A stretch of 64,000 bases of DNA from Acutalibacteraceae bacterium (GCA_045642685.1 JAZUJI010000056.1:1696-65695); one strand, 5' to 3'. Counted from the stretch's first letter, positions 8,559-16,998 are shown. Notes: generated by a model from the letters alone, not told the origin. A program made the numbers and translations.

Positions 8559-10106
8559 ATGGCAAAATGGGATGTGATTGTAATCGGAGCCGGAAACGGC
8601 GGGCTTTCAGCCGGGGTTACCTTTGCAAAAGAAGGCAAAAAGGTTTTAATAATTGAAAAGCACAATGTTCCCGGCGGTTATGCAACAAGCTTTAAAAGGG
8701 GTAGATTTGAATTTGAGGCATCGCTGCATGAATTAAGCTCTTACGGTTGTGTGCCCGGTGCAGGCAATGTCAGAAAGATTTTTGAGGAATTGGGTGTACA
8801 TGAAAAAATCGACTGGAGCAGAATTCCGGACGCATACAGGATGATTACTCTTTCCGATGTGGACAAGCTTGATGTTACCATGCCGTTCGGTGTAGGCAAC
8901 TATATTGATAAAATGGAGCAGTATGTTCCGGGTTCAAGAAAGAAAATGGAAAATCTTTTTGCTTTGGGTGAAAGACTCAGAAAAACAGGAGATTTTTTCG
9001 GCAGTATCAGCAATATTGATATGAATCTTATTCAGGATGTTTTTGAGGACCATACGGACTTTATCAGGGTGGCTCCGTACTCAACCGATGAGGTGCTTAA
9101 GGCGGCAGGAATTCCGAAAAAAGCAAGAGATATTTTCAATGCTTACTGGTGCTACCTTGGCGTTGACACGGAAAACCTCAGCTTTATTCACTATATCGGA
9201 CTGGTTGACAGATATATCAATTTCGGTGCGGTCTGCGCCAAGGGCAGAAGCCATGAGCTGAGCTGTGCCTTCCAGGAAAGATTTGAGGAATTAGGCGGTA
9301 CGATTTATTTCAACAGCTATGTTGAAAAGATTATCATGAAGGATTCAAAAGCCGTCGGCGTTCATATAAAGGGCAGAGATGAAGAAGAATTTGCGGATTG
9401 TATCATCTGTAATGCCGCTCCGCACAATGCGGTTGCAAAAATGATTGATCCGAAAGATCTGCCCGAAATGGCCGTTCGTCACACAAATTCAAGAAAGTTT
9501 GCCGGCAGAGGATTTACAATGTTTTTGGGGCTTGACAAATCCCCTGATGAGCTTGGGATCAACGAACACTGCTATATGATTTACGACACCGCCAACACCG
9601 TCGAACAGGTGAAAAGTATGCGCAGCATTGAAACAAATAATGCTCAGGCGACCTGCTGCCTTAACAGGGCAGTTCCCGATTGCTCACCCGAAGGGACAAC
9701 CATTCTTTATTTCACTACGCTTTATACAGAGGATTGCTGGAGTGCGGTTGACGAAAAGGATTATGTAAAAACAAAAGAATATGTGGCGAACAAAATGATT
9801 GACAATTTTGAAAAAGCCACAGGCACCCACATCCGTGATTCTATTGAAGAAATCGAAATTGCATCACCTGCAACATATGCCCGTTACGCAGATGCTCCTC
9901 AAGGCACGATTTACGGATATAATGCAGAAAAGTGGGACGGAATCGTTCAGCGTCTGCTTATGCCTGCTTCGGAAGACTTTATCCCGAACCTGTATTTTGC
10001 AGGCGGTTACGGCTCGCAGTTGCTCGGCTTCGGTTCTGCATACACCAATGGTTACCAGACCGCAAAACGAGTGATGAAAAAGCAGCAGAAGGAGGCGCAG
10101 AAATGA
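8559..10106 (+). CDS. Phytoene-desaturase (CrtI)-family NAD(P)/FAD-dependent oxidoreductase
   Basis: N-terminal dinucleotide fold DVIVIGAGNGGLSAGVTFAKEGKKVLIIEKHNVPGG, ~515 aa, C-terminal FAGGYG-type motif. Strong SD (AGGAGG). Confidence 0.8.
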   Translation: MAKWDVIVIGAGNGGLSAGVTFAKEGKKVLIIEKHNVPGGYATSFKRGRFEFEASLHELSSYGCVPGAGNVRKIFEELGVHEKIDWSRIPDAYRMITLSDVDKLDVTMPFGVGNYIDKMEQYVPGSRKKMENLFALGERLRKTGDFFGSISNIDMNLIQDVFEDHTDFIRVAPYSTDEVLKAAGIPKKARDIFNAYWCYLGVDTENLSFIHYIGLVDRYINFGAVCAKGRSHELSCAFQERFEELGGTIYFNSYVEKIIMKDSKAVGVHIKGRDEEEFADCIICNAAPHNAVAKMIDPKDLPEMAVRHTNSRKFAGRGFTMFLGLDKSPDELGINEHCYMIYDTANTVEQVKSMRSIETNNAQATCCLNRAVPDCSPEGTTILYFTTLYTEDCWSAVDEKDYVKTKEYVANKMIDNFEKATGTHIRDSIEEIEIASPATYARYADAPQGTIYGYNAEKWDGIVQRLLMPASEDFIPNLYFAGGYGSQLLGFGSAYTNGYQTAKRVMKKQQKEAQK

Positions 10107-11290
10107 GTAAGCGTAAATTTATTGTTAAATCAAATTTTCTTGATATTGTCAATTTTGCAAAGATGATTCCCGACAGAAAGGCTCATCTTGAAAACGGCTC
10201 TGCTGCTCCCGTTCCAAAAACCTATCCCATAAATGAGCTTGCAAAATTATATCATCCGGGGAAAATGCTTCTTCGTGTCGATGAAATAATCGAACAGGCA
10301 AAGGATGTCAAAAGCTTTATTCTTAAATCAGCTGATGGCAGCAAGCTTGCGCCGTTTCGTGCAGGTCAGTATCTTACCTTACAGCTGAAGATCGGAAACA
10401 GCATTGTCACAAGGCCTTACTCCATCGCTTCAACCCCCAATGATGCAAGAAACGGCTTTTACAACATTACGGTGAAAAGGGTTCCCGACGGCTTTGTTTC
10501 GGGATACATTCTTGACAATGTGAAAGTCGGCGATGAAATTACGGCATATTCTCCCGAAGGCACTTTTGTTTATGAACCTATCCGTGATGCAAAAACCGTG
10601 GTCGGCATGGCAGGCGGCAGCGGAATTACGCCGTTTCTTTCCCTTGCAGGCTCCATTGCGGAAGGAACCAGTGAGGCGGAGCTTGTTTTACTGTACGGTG
10701 CGAGAACGGAAAAGGATCTTGTTTTCAAAAAAGAGCTTGATAAACTCAGTGAAAACGAAAAGATCAAGGTTGTATATGTTCTTTCGGATTCAAAATCAAA
10801 GGGTTATGAACACGGTTTTATCAATGCCGATATGATTAAAAAATATGCACCCGAGGAATACAGCATTTTCCTTTGCGGACCGAAAGCAATGTATGAATTT
10901 GCCGAAAAAGAGATCGCAAAGCTGAATATTCGCAAAAAGTTTGTGCGCTTTGAATTGTTCTCATCCGCTTCAAAAGCAGAACAGATTCCGGGCTTCCCCA
11001 TGGATAAAGAGGGACTGACATTTGAACTTACCGTGAACCGTTTCGGCAAATCCACTGCAATTCAGTGCCTTTCAAATGAAAGCATTCTTGTTGCCCTTGA
11101 AAGAGCCGGCATCGAAGCACCTGCCCGCTGCAGAAGCGGTGAGTGCGGTTTCTGTCGCTCGAAGCTGGTTTCCGGTGAGGTGTTTATTCCGGGCAATACC
11201 GACGGCAGAAGAATTGCGGATATCAAATTCGGGTATATTCACCCTTGTTCAACCTATCCTATGTCGGATATTACAATTAAAATTGACTGA
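10103..11290 (+). CDS. Ferredoxin-NAD(P) reductase-type flavoprotein fused to a C-terminal plant-type 2Fe-2S ferredoxin domain
   Basis: RPYSIAS (FAD RxYS motif), GGSGITP (NAD(P) binding) and CRSGECGFCRSKL plus a distal Cys (2Fe-2S). The ATG overlaps the upstream stop as ATGA. The ORF-track start at 9932 lies inside the previous gene and was rejected. Confidence 0.82.
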   Translation: MSKRKFIVKSNFLDIVNFAKMIPDRKAHLENGSAAPVPKTYPINELAKLYHPGKMLLRVDEIIEQAKDVKSFILKSADGSKLAPFRAGQYLTLQLKIGNSIVTRPYSIASTPNDARNGFYNITVKRVPDGFVSGYILDNVKVGDEITAYSPEGTFVYEPIRDAKTVVGMAGGSGITPFLSLAGSIAEGTSEAELVLLYGARTEKDLVFKKELDKLSENEKIKVVYVLSDSKSKGYEHGFINADMIKKYAPEEYSIFLCGPKAMYEFAEKEIAKLNIRKKFVRFELFSSASKAEQIPGFPMDKEGLTFELTVNRFGKSTAIQCLSNESILVALERAGIEAPARCRSGECGFCRSKLVSGEVFIPGNTDGRRIADIKFGYIHPCSTYPMSDITIKID

Positions 11291-11388
11291 TTTCGGAAAA
11301 TAAAAAAGAAGTAGCGAATGCCCTGATTTGCAAGAATGTTTTTTATAACAAAACAACGATCATTTTTAGGCATGGCAAGGCAAAGCAC

Positions 11389-11424
11389 AAACCATAGATT
11401 CGTAGAAATGCGAATCTATGGTTT
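11389..11424. terminator. Bidirectional intrinsic terminator (14-bp stem AAACCATAGATTCG / CGAATCTATGGTTT)
   Basis: A perfect 14-bp stem with an 8-nt loop, flanked by T-run and A-run, between convergent genes. Confidence 0.8.
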
Positions 11425-11429
11425 CTTTA

Positions 11430-12038
11430 TTACTTCCCGCAGTTTTTGTCAAAAGACGGATTGCAGGCGTAGAAGTTTTTGCTGTTGAGCTTGTCGGTGG
11501 CGAATTGCAGCCCTTCACCGAACCGCTGGAAGTGAACGATCTCCCGTTCCCGCAAAAACTTAATGGCATCGCTCACATCGGGGTCATCCGACAGCCGCAG
11601 AATGTTGTCGTAGGTTACCCGTGCCTTTTGCTCAGCCGCCAGATCCTCGGTCAGGTCGCAAATGACATCGCCCTTGGATTGGAAAGTGGTTGCAGACCAC
11701 GGTGTGCCGCTCGCCGCAACCGGGTAAATACCCGTGGTGTGGTCAACGAAATATTTGTCAAAGCCCTGCTTCTTGATTTCCTCGACCGACAAATTGCGGG
11801 TGAGCTGATACACAATGGCGCAGATCATTTCAATGTGCCCCAGCTCCTCGGTGCCGATATCGGTCAAAAGGCCTTTCAATTCGCCCCAGGGCATAGCGAA
11901 ACGCTGACTGAGGTAGCGCAGGGACGCACCCAATTCTCCGTCGGGGCCGCCGAACTGCGTAATGACGATCTGCGCCAGCTTGGGGTTGGGGTTTGCAATT
12001 TTGATGGGATATTGCAGTTTCTTTTCATAAATAAACAT
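11430..12038 (-). CDS. cotJC: Spore coat protein CotJC (manganese-catalase family)
   Basis: MFIYEKKLQYPIKI start and FGGPDGELGASLRYLSQRF, typical of CotJC. It is the third gene of the cotJA-B-C arrangement. Confidence 0.92.
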   Translation of the reverse strand: MFIYEKKLQYPIKIANPNPKLAQIVITQFGGPDGELGASLRYLSQRFAMPWGELKGLLTDIGTEELGHIEMICAIVYQLTRNLSVEEIKKQGFDKYFVDHTTGIYPVAASGTPWSATTFQSKGDVICDLTEDLAAEQKARVTYDNILRLSDDPDVSDAIKFLREREIVHFQRFGEGLQFATDKLNSKNFYACNPSFDKNCGK

Positions 12039-12295
12039 CAGCCGTCACACCCGCATTTCTCCCACGGCCAAGGGTTTTTCAGCCATTCTACGCCTTGTGC
12101 CTGAATGGCGGTCAGCTTGCCGCAGGTGGATTCGTACTCCTCACGGAGCATTCGATATTGCTTATAATATTTGTTGTAAAGCCCGACTGCGTTCAAATCG
12201 CCCGGATGTGTGTCCAGATAAAGGTGCAGATCCCACATGGCAAATTCGATCGCGGACAGCTTTTGCGTCAACTCTGCTTTATTCATGCACGGCAC
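12038..12295 (-). CDS. cotJB: Spore coat protein CotJB
   Basis: 85 aa with the FAMWDLHLYLDTHP motif. Overlaps cotJC by 1 nt. Confidence 0.9.
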   Translation of the reverse strand: MPCMNKAELTQKLSAIEFAMWDLHLYLDTHPGDLNAVGLYNKYYKQYRMLREEYESTCGKLTAIQAQGVEWLKNPWPWEKCGCDG

Positions 12296-12492
12296 CCTCT
12301 TAAAAACGGTTTATCCAGCGCAGGGAACAGCGTCCCTTGCCGCAGCGCTTTACACACCTCGTAAACAGCGGCGTCGGTCTGCACGGGCACATATGCCATA
12401 GCAGCCACTTGACGGTCGCTGTACGGAACAGCGTTTCGCATGGCTTGCCGCTGCTCACAGAATTCACAGCCGGTTCGGCTTGCGTTGTTCAC
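12283..12492 (-). CDS. cotJA: Spore coat-associated protein CotJA
   Basis: 69 aa with the AMAYVPVQ ... GTLFPALDKPF motif. Overlaps cotJB. Confidence 0.85.
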   Translation of the reverse strand: MNNASRTGCEFCEQRQAMRNAVPYSDRQVAAMAYVPVQTDAAVYEVCKALRQGTLFPALDKPFLRGCRA

Positions 12493-12580
12493 GCTTATCG
12501 CTCCTTTGCAAAGTTATCGGAAGCCTTTTCAGCTCCGTTTCATCCTATGCTGCCGCAGCGAAAAGCGACAGTCGATTCTG

Positions 12581-13573
12581 CTATTTTTCCGAGTGGATCT
12601 CGTTGCGGCATACACCGTTTTTCTGAAATTCAAGGATGTTGCCGAGTGTAGTTTCGGCAATGTTTTCCAGAGCCTCCCTCGTCAGAAACGCCTGGTGGGA
12701 GGTGACGATGACATTCGGCATGGAAATCAGACGGGAGAGCGTGTCGTCCTCCACGATATGCCCTGAAAAATCCCGAAAAAACACATCCGATTCTTCTTCA
12801 TACACATCCAGGCACGCTCCGCCGATTTTGCGGTCTTTAATGCCGCTGAGCAGAGCTTCACTGTCAATGAGCGCACCACGGGAGGTGTTGATCAGAATAA
12901 CGCCTTTTTTCATTTTTTCAATGGTTTCCCGGTTGACCATGTGGTAGTTTTCTTCGGTGAGCGGGCAGTGAAACGAAAGAATGTCGGACTGCGCCCACAA
13001 TTCCTCCGGCGAAACATAGGCAATGCCAAGCCCCGGGGACGGATATTTGTCATAAGCGATGATGTTCATGCCGAAGCCACGGCAGATATCGGCAAAGACT
13101 TTGCCGATTTTGCCGGTGCCGACAATGCCGACCGTTTTGCCGTGCAGGTCAAAGCCGGTCATGCCGCTCAGGCTGAAATTAAAATCCCTCGTGCGGATAT
13201 ATGCCTTGTGGATCCGCCGCACCGAAGTCAAAAGCATCGCCATAGCGTGTTCGGCTACGGCATAGGGCGAATACGCAGGCACACGCACGACCGGCATTTT
13301 ACCCTGTGCGTGCCGCAAATCAATATTGTTGTAACCGGCGCACCGCATGGCAAGCAGCTTCACACCCATTTGATTGAGCGCATCAAGCACCGGCGCGTTT
13401 ACGGTGTCGTTGACAAAGGCGCACACGACCTCACAGTCTTCGGCGAGCCGGACGGTGCCTTGCCTCAGCTTTGTTTCAAAATAGCGGATCTCAAAGGTAC
13501 CGTCGTTGGCGGCATCAAAAGAGGTTCGGTCGTACTCTTTGGCATCAAAAAAGGCGATTTTGATTTTTTTCAT
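12581..13573 (-). CDS. ldhA: D-lactate dehydrogenase (D-isomer-specific 2-hydroxyacid dehydrogenase)
   Basis: Collinear by eye with E. coli LdhA: VCAFVND, LAMRCAGYNNIDL, VVRVPAYSPYAVAEHA, RIHKAYIRTRDFNFSL, GIVGTGKIG. Confidence 0.9.
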   Translation of the reverse strand: MKKIKIAFFDAKEYDRTSFDAANDGTFEIRYFETKLRQGTVRLAEDCEVVCAFVNDTVNAPVLDALNQMGVKLLAMRCAGYNNIDLRHAQGKMPVVRVPAYSPYAVAEHAMAMLLTSVRRIHKAYIRTRDFNFSLSGMTGFDLHGKTVGIVGTGKIGKVFADICRGFGMNIIAYDKYPSPGLGIAYVSPEELWAQSDILSFHCPLTEENYHMVNRETIEKMKKGVILINTSRGALIDSEALLSGIKDRKIGGACLDVYEEESDVFFRDFSGHIVEDDTLSRLISMPNVIVTSHQAFLTREALENIAETTLGNILEFQKNGVCRNEIHSEK

Positions 13574-13832
13574 GCTGCTTTCCTCCGAAACGGTTTTACA
13601 AGCTCTATTATGTGCCGAAACGGCAGAGGCGTCCGGGAAAAACAGAACTTTGGCAAAATCACGAAAACTTTTTGAAAAAGATAAACAAAGATTTTGAGCG
13701 AAAAATTTGTCAAAATCGCTTTTGTGGGCGCGAAGCCGGAAAACAACGCAAACAATTCGTTATATTGCACAAATATTGGTCAGGTGATTTGCGCATTATG
13801 TTGAGGATACCGCTTAGCACTTGATTCTTGCG

Positions 13833-13849
13833 TTGTGCATATTGCACAA
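13833..13849. promoter_or_regulatory. Perfect 17-bp palindrome TTGTGCA-TAT-TGCACAA, part of a cluster of five TGCACAA/TTGTGCA half-sites between 13765 and 13895
   Basis: Read directly. Further half-sites are at 13765-13772, 13866-13872 and 13889-13895. The last two flank the -35 box of the promoter at 13880. Confidence 0.55.
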
Positions 13850-13879
13850 TCAAAGCGGTTGCGATTTGTGCAAAAAGAC

Positions 13880-13908
13880 TTGACAAAATGCACAAAGAAG
13901 CGTAGAAT
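13880..13908 (+). promoter_or_regulatory. Sigma-A-type promoter (TTGACA-17 nt-TAGAAT) for the 48-aa ORF
   Basis: A consensus -35, 17-nt spacer and near-consensus -10, about 30 nt upstream of the SD GAGAGGAG. Confidence 0.65.
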
Positions 13909-13939
13909 GAGCTTGCAAAACAAGAGAGGAGTGAAGAAA

Positions 13940-14086
13940 ATGTTATCAAAAATCCTTTACAAGCAGGAGCATGAAATGTTCCGTGAGATCTCCAAAGAGA
14001 AGAACATCTTCCGTAAGCTTGTCATGGCCATGAAGCTTGAAGCAATCACGGCGGCGTTCGCAGAGTCCATCCACAACGCAGAGTGA
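13940..14086 (+). CDS. Small hypothetical protein, 48 aa (MLSKILYKQEHEMFREISKEKNIFRKLVMAMKLEAITAAFAESIHNAE)
   Basis: Has its own promoter, an SD 8 nt upstream, and a terminator downstream at 14164-14200. It is the inner part of ORF-track entry 13835-14086. Confidence 0.55.
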   Translation: MLSKILYKQEHEMFREISKEKNIFRKLVMAMKLEAITAAFAESIHNAE

Positions 14087-14163
14087 GACTCTCTCTCGTC
14101 AAAATAACAGGCGAAAGCCTTTTACGATAGATGTCAAAAGAAAATCTACAGGTTTCACAATAA

Positions 14164-14200
14164 AACAGGGCAACCGCTTTCCCCGGCGGCTGCCCTGTTT
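14164..14200 (+). terminator. Intrinsic terminator (CAGGGCAACCGC / GCGGCTGCCCTG stem followed by TTT)
   Basis: A GC-rich ~12-bp stem with one mismatch and a T-tract. Confidence 0.65.
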
Positions 14201-14211
14201 GTATGTAGCAA

Positions 14212-14571
14212 TTATTTTGAAATATGTTCTTTGATTTTACTCGTTGTCTCCAAGATATCCAACGATTTGTTTATCAAGTCAGCTTTTTGAGTATAGTACA
14301 CTGAATCGGATATGTTTTTTGCAATAACATCGGTCACTTTTTTTGAATTTAACAAAAGCTTTTCCGCCTTTACTCATCTTTTTGCTTTTGTTCACTGTAA
14401 CGGTACTTTTTATTTGATCTGCCTCATAAGCTTTCTCATCGCAGTAGGGAATGGAATTCAGTTGATTTATTCTGTTTTGCAATTTTTTACCAACAGCCTG
14501 CATGAATAAGCGTCCAGCTCTGCTTTTGTCGCAATTTTGAGATAATCACGCATTTTTTCCGTAGTAACCAT
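14212..14571 (-). pseudogene. Possible decayed ~120-codon gene broken by two compensating frameshifts, or alternatively a set of small ORFs
   Basis: The SD GAGGTG sits 8 nt before the ATG at 14571. Frame A stops after 34 codons. ORF 14279-14503 continues in a second frame. After an A7 run (~14337-14343) frame A reopens and reads VTDVIAKNISDSVYYTQKADLINKSLDILETTSKIKEHISK up to the TAA at 14212. The span 14212-14571 is a multiple of 3. Confidence 0.3.
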
Positions 14572-14751
14572 TCTTGAATCACCTCATCGAATAATCCTAT
14601 TTTTAATCGTTGGCTATGCGGAATTTTTGGCTGAATGTTTTTACACCAACAATATTAGCCTTAGCCTACCCCTATACCGTATTGACCGATATTGGTTAAT
14701 GCGATTATACACCGTTTTCGGTTATTATGTCAATAGGGAGGTTGAGAATTT

Positions 14752-14958
14752 ATGATTTCATATGAGAATTTATGGAAAACCATGAAGAAAAAAGAAATCA
14801 CTCAATACTCACTTATTAAGAATTACGGAATCAGTCCTGCGCAAATTACACGGTTAAAGCGAAATGAAAGCGTCAGTACACATACCATTGAAATGTTCTG
14901 TAAGATTCTCAAATGCCGTGTAGAAGATGTTATGACATACATTGAAGATGAGGAGTAA
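14752..14958 (+). CDS. Small XRE/Cro-type helix-turn-helix transcriptional regulator (68 aa)
   Basis: The ITQYSLIKNYGISPAQITRLKRNESVSTHTIEMFCKIL pattern, a strong SD (AGGGAGG), and AT-rich context. Confidence 0.85.
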   Translation: MISYENLWKTMKKKEITQYSLIKNYGISPAQITRLKRNESVSTHTIEMFCKILKCRVEDVMTYIEDEE

Positions 14959-14995
14959 TTTGTTATCATATAGGATTTTCTATATGTGAAAGCTA

Positions 14996-15039
14996 AACGA
15001 AAACAGCGAGCGCTCATGGAACGCTCGCTGCTTTCGTTT
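14996..15039. terminator. Bidirectional terminator hairpin (core CAGCGAGCG / CGCTCGCTG)
   Basis: A long hairpin between the convergent XRE gene and the FAD-protein gene. Confidence 0.75.
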
Positions 15040-15112
15040 GAAATATTTTTATGTTGTGAATAGTTTTAATTTGCAAAGAATAAAAGTCATTCTTAACAGT
15101 TGGCTAATTGTC

Positions 15113-16726
15113 TTATTCCGTTTCGTAAGCAGCGGCATCCTTCAGCACCGCTTCGGCGCAGCGGATCCCGTCCACACCGGCGGAAACGATGCCGCCTGCA
15201 TACCCGGCGCCTTCGCCGCAGGGGTAAACACCCCCGATGTTGCATTGAAAATATTCGTCACGCACGATACGAACCGGCGAAGAAGAACGGGTTTCGGGCG
15301 CGGTCAGCACGGCATCCGGCAGCGCAAAGCCGTTGAGCTGACGATCCATTTTCACGATCGCATCTGCCATAACATCGGTCACTTTTTTCGGCAGGATCCG
15401 GCGAATATCGCCCGGGGTAACACCCATCGGGTAACTCGGCTCGACATTGCCGAGCGCATCGGACGGCTCGTTTTTGAGAAAATCACCGACGAGCTGGCAA
15501 GGCGCCTTATAGTCACGACCGCCCTGTTCAAAGGCGGTCTGTTCGATTTTTCGCTGCAGTGCGATACCGGCAAGCGGATGCTCCGAACCGAAATCTTCGG
15601 GTGAAATACCGACCAGCAAAGCGGAATTGGAGTTGCGTGCATCCCGGGCAAATTCGCTCATGCCGTTGACCACGACACCGCCCTTTTCGCTGGCGGCGGC
15701 AACCACCGTACCGCCCGGACACATACAAAAGGTGTACGCACCTCTGCCATGCTCCGGGTGACAGGAAAGCTTGTAAACGGCGGCACCCAGACGGGGGTCA
15801 CCGGCAAGTGCGCCGAACTGCGCCCGGTCGATCCGCTCACGGGGGTGCTCGATTCTTGCACCGACCGAAAACGGCTTTTGCTCCATTTTGACCCCTTTGT
15901 TATAGAGCATTTCCACTGTATCCCGGGCAGAATGGCCGATGCACAGCAAAAGCGTATCGGTTTCCAGCTCGTGACGGGTACCGTTTTTGTCCTCATAACA
16001 AACACCGTGAATGACCCCATTGGCAACGATCAGCCCCGTAAGTCGGCTGTTGAAATGCACCTCACCGCCCAAAGCGAGAATCTCCTCCCGCATGGAGCGA
16101 ACCACGCCGCCCAGACGGTCGGTGCCGATATGCGGCGTTGCCGACCAAAGGATCTCTTCGGGTGCGCCGTGGCGGACAAATTCCAGAAAGATCTGTCGGC
16201 AAAGGCTGTCTTTGATGCCGGTGGTCAGCTTTCCGTCCGAAAAAGTCCCGGCGCCGCCCTCGCCGAATTGCACATTGCTCTGTTCATCAAGCTGTTTCGT
16301 TTCCCAGAAAGTGCGCACTTTTTTGGTGCGTTCCTCTACGCAGTCGCCCCGTTCCAGCACAATGGGGCGCAGCCCTGCCTTAGCAAGCGTCTGTGCGGCA
16401 AATAAGCCTGCCGGGCCGAAGCCGACCACAACGGGGCGCAGAGCACTCACCCGGCGGCACGGCGGCGGTGTATAGGAAAACGGCTCATACTTTTCCGCTT
16501 TTCCGGGTTTAGCCCGGGCGATCAGCTCGTCCTCGTTTCCGTCAACGGTGATGTTGACATGGTAAACAAACTGAATATCGTCTTTTTTTCGTGAGTCAAT
16601 GGAGCGGCGGGCAACCTCCAGCGACAAAATGCGCCGAACCGGGCAGCGCAGCACCTTTGCGGCGGCGGCAGTCAGCTCTTTCATGCCCGCATCCAACGGC
16701 AGTTTAATCTGGTTAATTCGTATCAA
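15113..16726 (-). CDS. FAD-dependent protein of the COG2509 family (uncharacterised FAD-dependent dehydrogenase)
   Basis: VVVGFGPAGLFAA dinucleotide fold, an N-terminal region containing SIDSRKK, and a C-terminal GEGAGYAGGIVSA motif. It has a TTG start with a weak SD. Confidence 0.8.
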   Translation of the reverse strand: MIRINQIKLPLDAGMKELTAAAAKVLRCPVRRILSLEVARRSIDSRKKDDIQFVYHVNITVDGNEDELIARAKPGKAEKYEPFSYTPPPCRRVSALRPVVVGFGPAGLFAAQTLAKAGLRPIVLERGDCVEERTKKVRTFWETKQLDEQSNVQFGEGGAGTFSDGKLTTGIKDSLCRQIFLEFVRHGAPEEILWSATPHIGTDRLGGVVRSMREEILALGGEVHFNSRLTGLIVANGVIHGVCYEDKNGTRHELETDTLLLCIGHSARDTVEMLYNKGVKMEQKPFSVGARIEHPRERIDRAQFGALAGDPRLGAAVYKLSCHPEHGRGAYTFCMCPGGTVVAAASEKGGVVVNGMSEFARDARNSNSALLVGISPEDFGSEHPLAGIALQRKIEQTAFEQGGRDYKAPCQLVGDFLKNEPSDALGNVEPSYPMGVTPGDIRRILPKKVTDVMADAIVKMDRQLNGFALPDAVLTAPETRSSSPVRIVRDEYFQCNIGGVYPCGEGAGYAGGIVSAGVDGIRCAEAVLKDAAAYETE

Positions 16727-16772
16727 AGCTTTATTTCAGCGGTCAGAACCGCATATCCTCCGGTAAAAAGAT

Positions 16773-16808
16773 AAGCGACGCAGCGCCGTTTGGGGCGAAG
16801 CGTCGCTT
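16773..16808 (-). terminator. Intrinsic terminator (AAGCGACGC / GCGTCGCTT stem) downstream of the 47-aa ORF
   Basis: A perfect 9-bp outer stem, 18 nt below the ORF stop codon. Confidence 0.7.
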
Positions 16809-16825
16809 GCAGTTGCATCGTGTGA

Positions 16826-16969
16826 TTACGGCAGCATAGCGAAGAATTTCGCTGCGAAGTCGCCGAATTCATTCAGGATATTAAGTAAAATCGCAAGGAA
16901 CCCGTCAATCGAGGTCATTGTGAACATATGACTGAATGCGTCACGAAGGGTTGCAATAATTTCGCTCAT
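16826..16969 (-). CDS. Small hypothetical amphipathic protein, 47 aa (MSEIIATLRDAFSHMFTMTSIDGFLAILLNILNEFGDFAAKFFAMLP). Absent from the ORF track because it is under 60 aa.
   Basis: Translated by hand from the minus strand. It has a GGAGG SD 8 nt upstream, its own promoter at 17022-17050, and its own terminator. Confidence 0.6.
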   Translation of the reverse strand: MSEIIATLRDAFSHMFTMTSIDGFLAILLNILNEFGDFAAKFFAMLP

Positions 16970-16998
16970 GGAAAATTCCTCCTCTTATTCCTTTTTTA

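Noticed and set aside
9932-10102. N-terminal extensions suggested by the ORF track, here and at 26335, 27822, 30470, 31725, 42760, 49370, 49737, 57756 and 60398
   Set aside because: The extensions overlap the preceding gene or lack an SD. Internal starts give proper signal peptides or lipoboxes, conserved N-termini, or ATGA coupling.
13833-13849. Interpreting the TTGTGCA-TAT-TGCACAA palindrome as a Rex (redox repressor) box controlling ldhA
   Set aside because: The Rex consensus, as I recall it, is TTGTGAA-N4-TTCACAA (18 bp). The half-site sequence and spacing here differ, and the site lies about 260 bp from the ldhA start. It is kept only as an unassigned operator.
13574-15110. Calling the AT-rich segment a prophage, IS element or integrative island
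   Set aside because: I saw no integrase, transposase, terminal inverted repeats, direct-repeat att sites or adjacent tRNA. Only a compositional shift, one XRE gene and a broken ORF are present.
16826-16969. Calling the 47-aa peptide a leaderless bacteriocin or phenol-soluble-modulin-type toxin
   Set aside because: Known leaderless bacteriocins are strongly cationic, whereas this peptide is net anionic. No immunity, transport or modification genes are adjacent. It is left as a small protein of unknown function.
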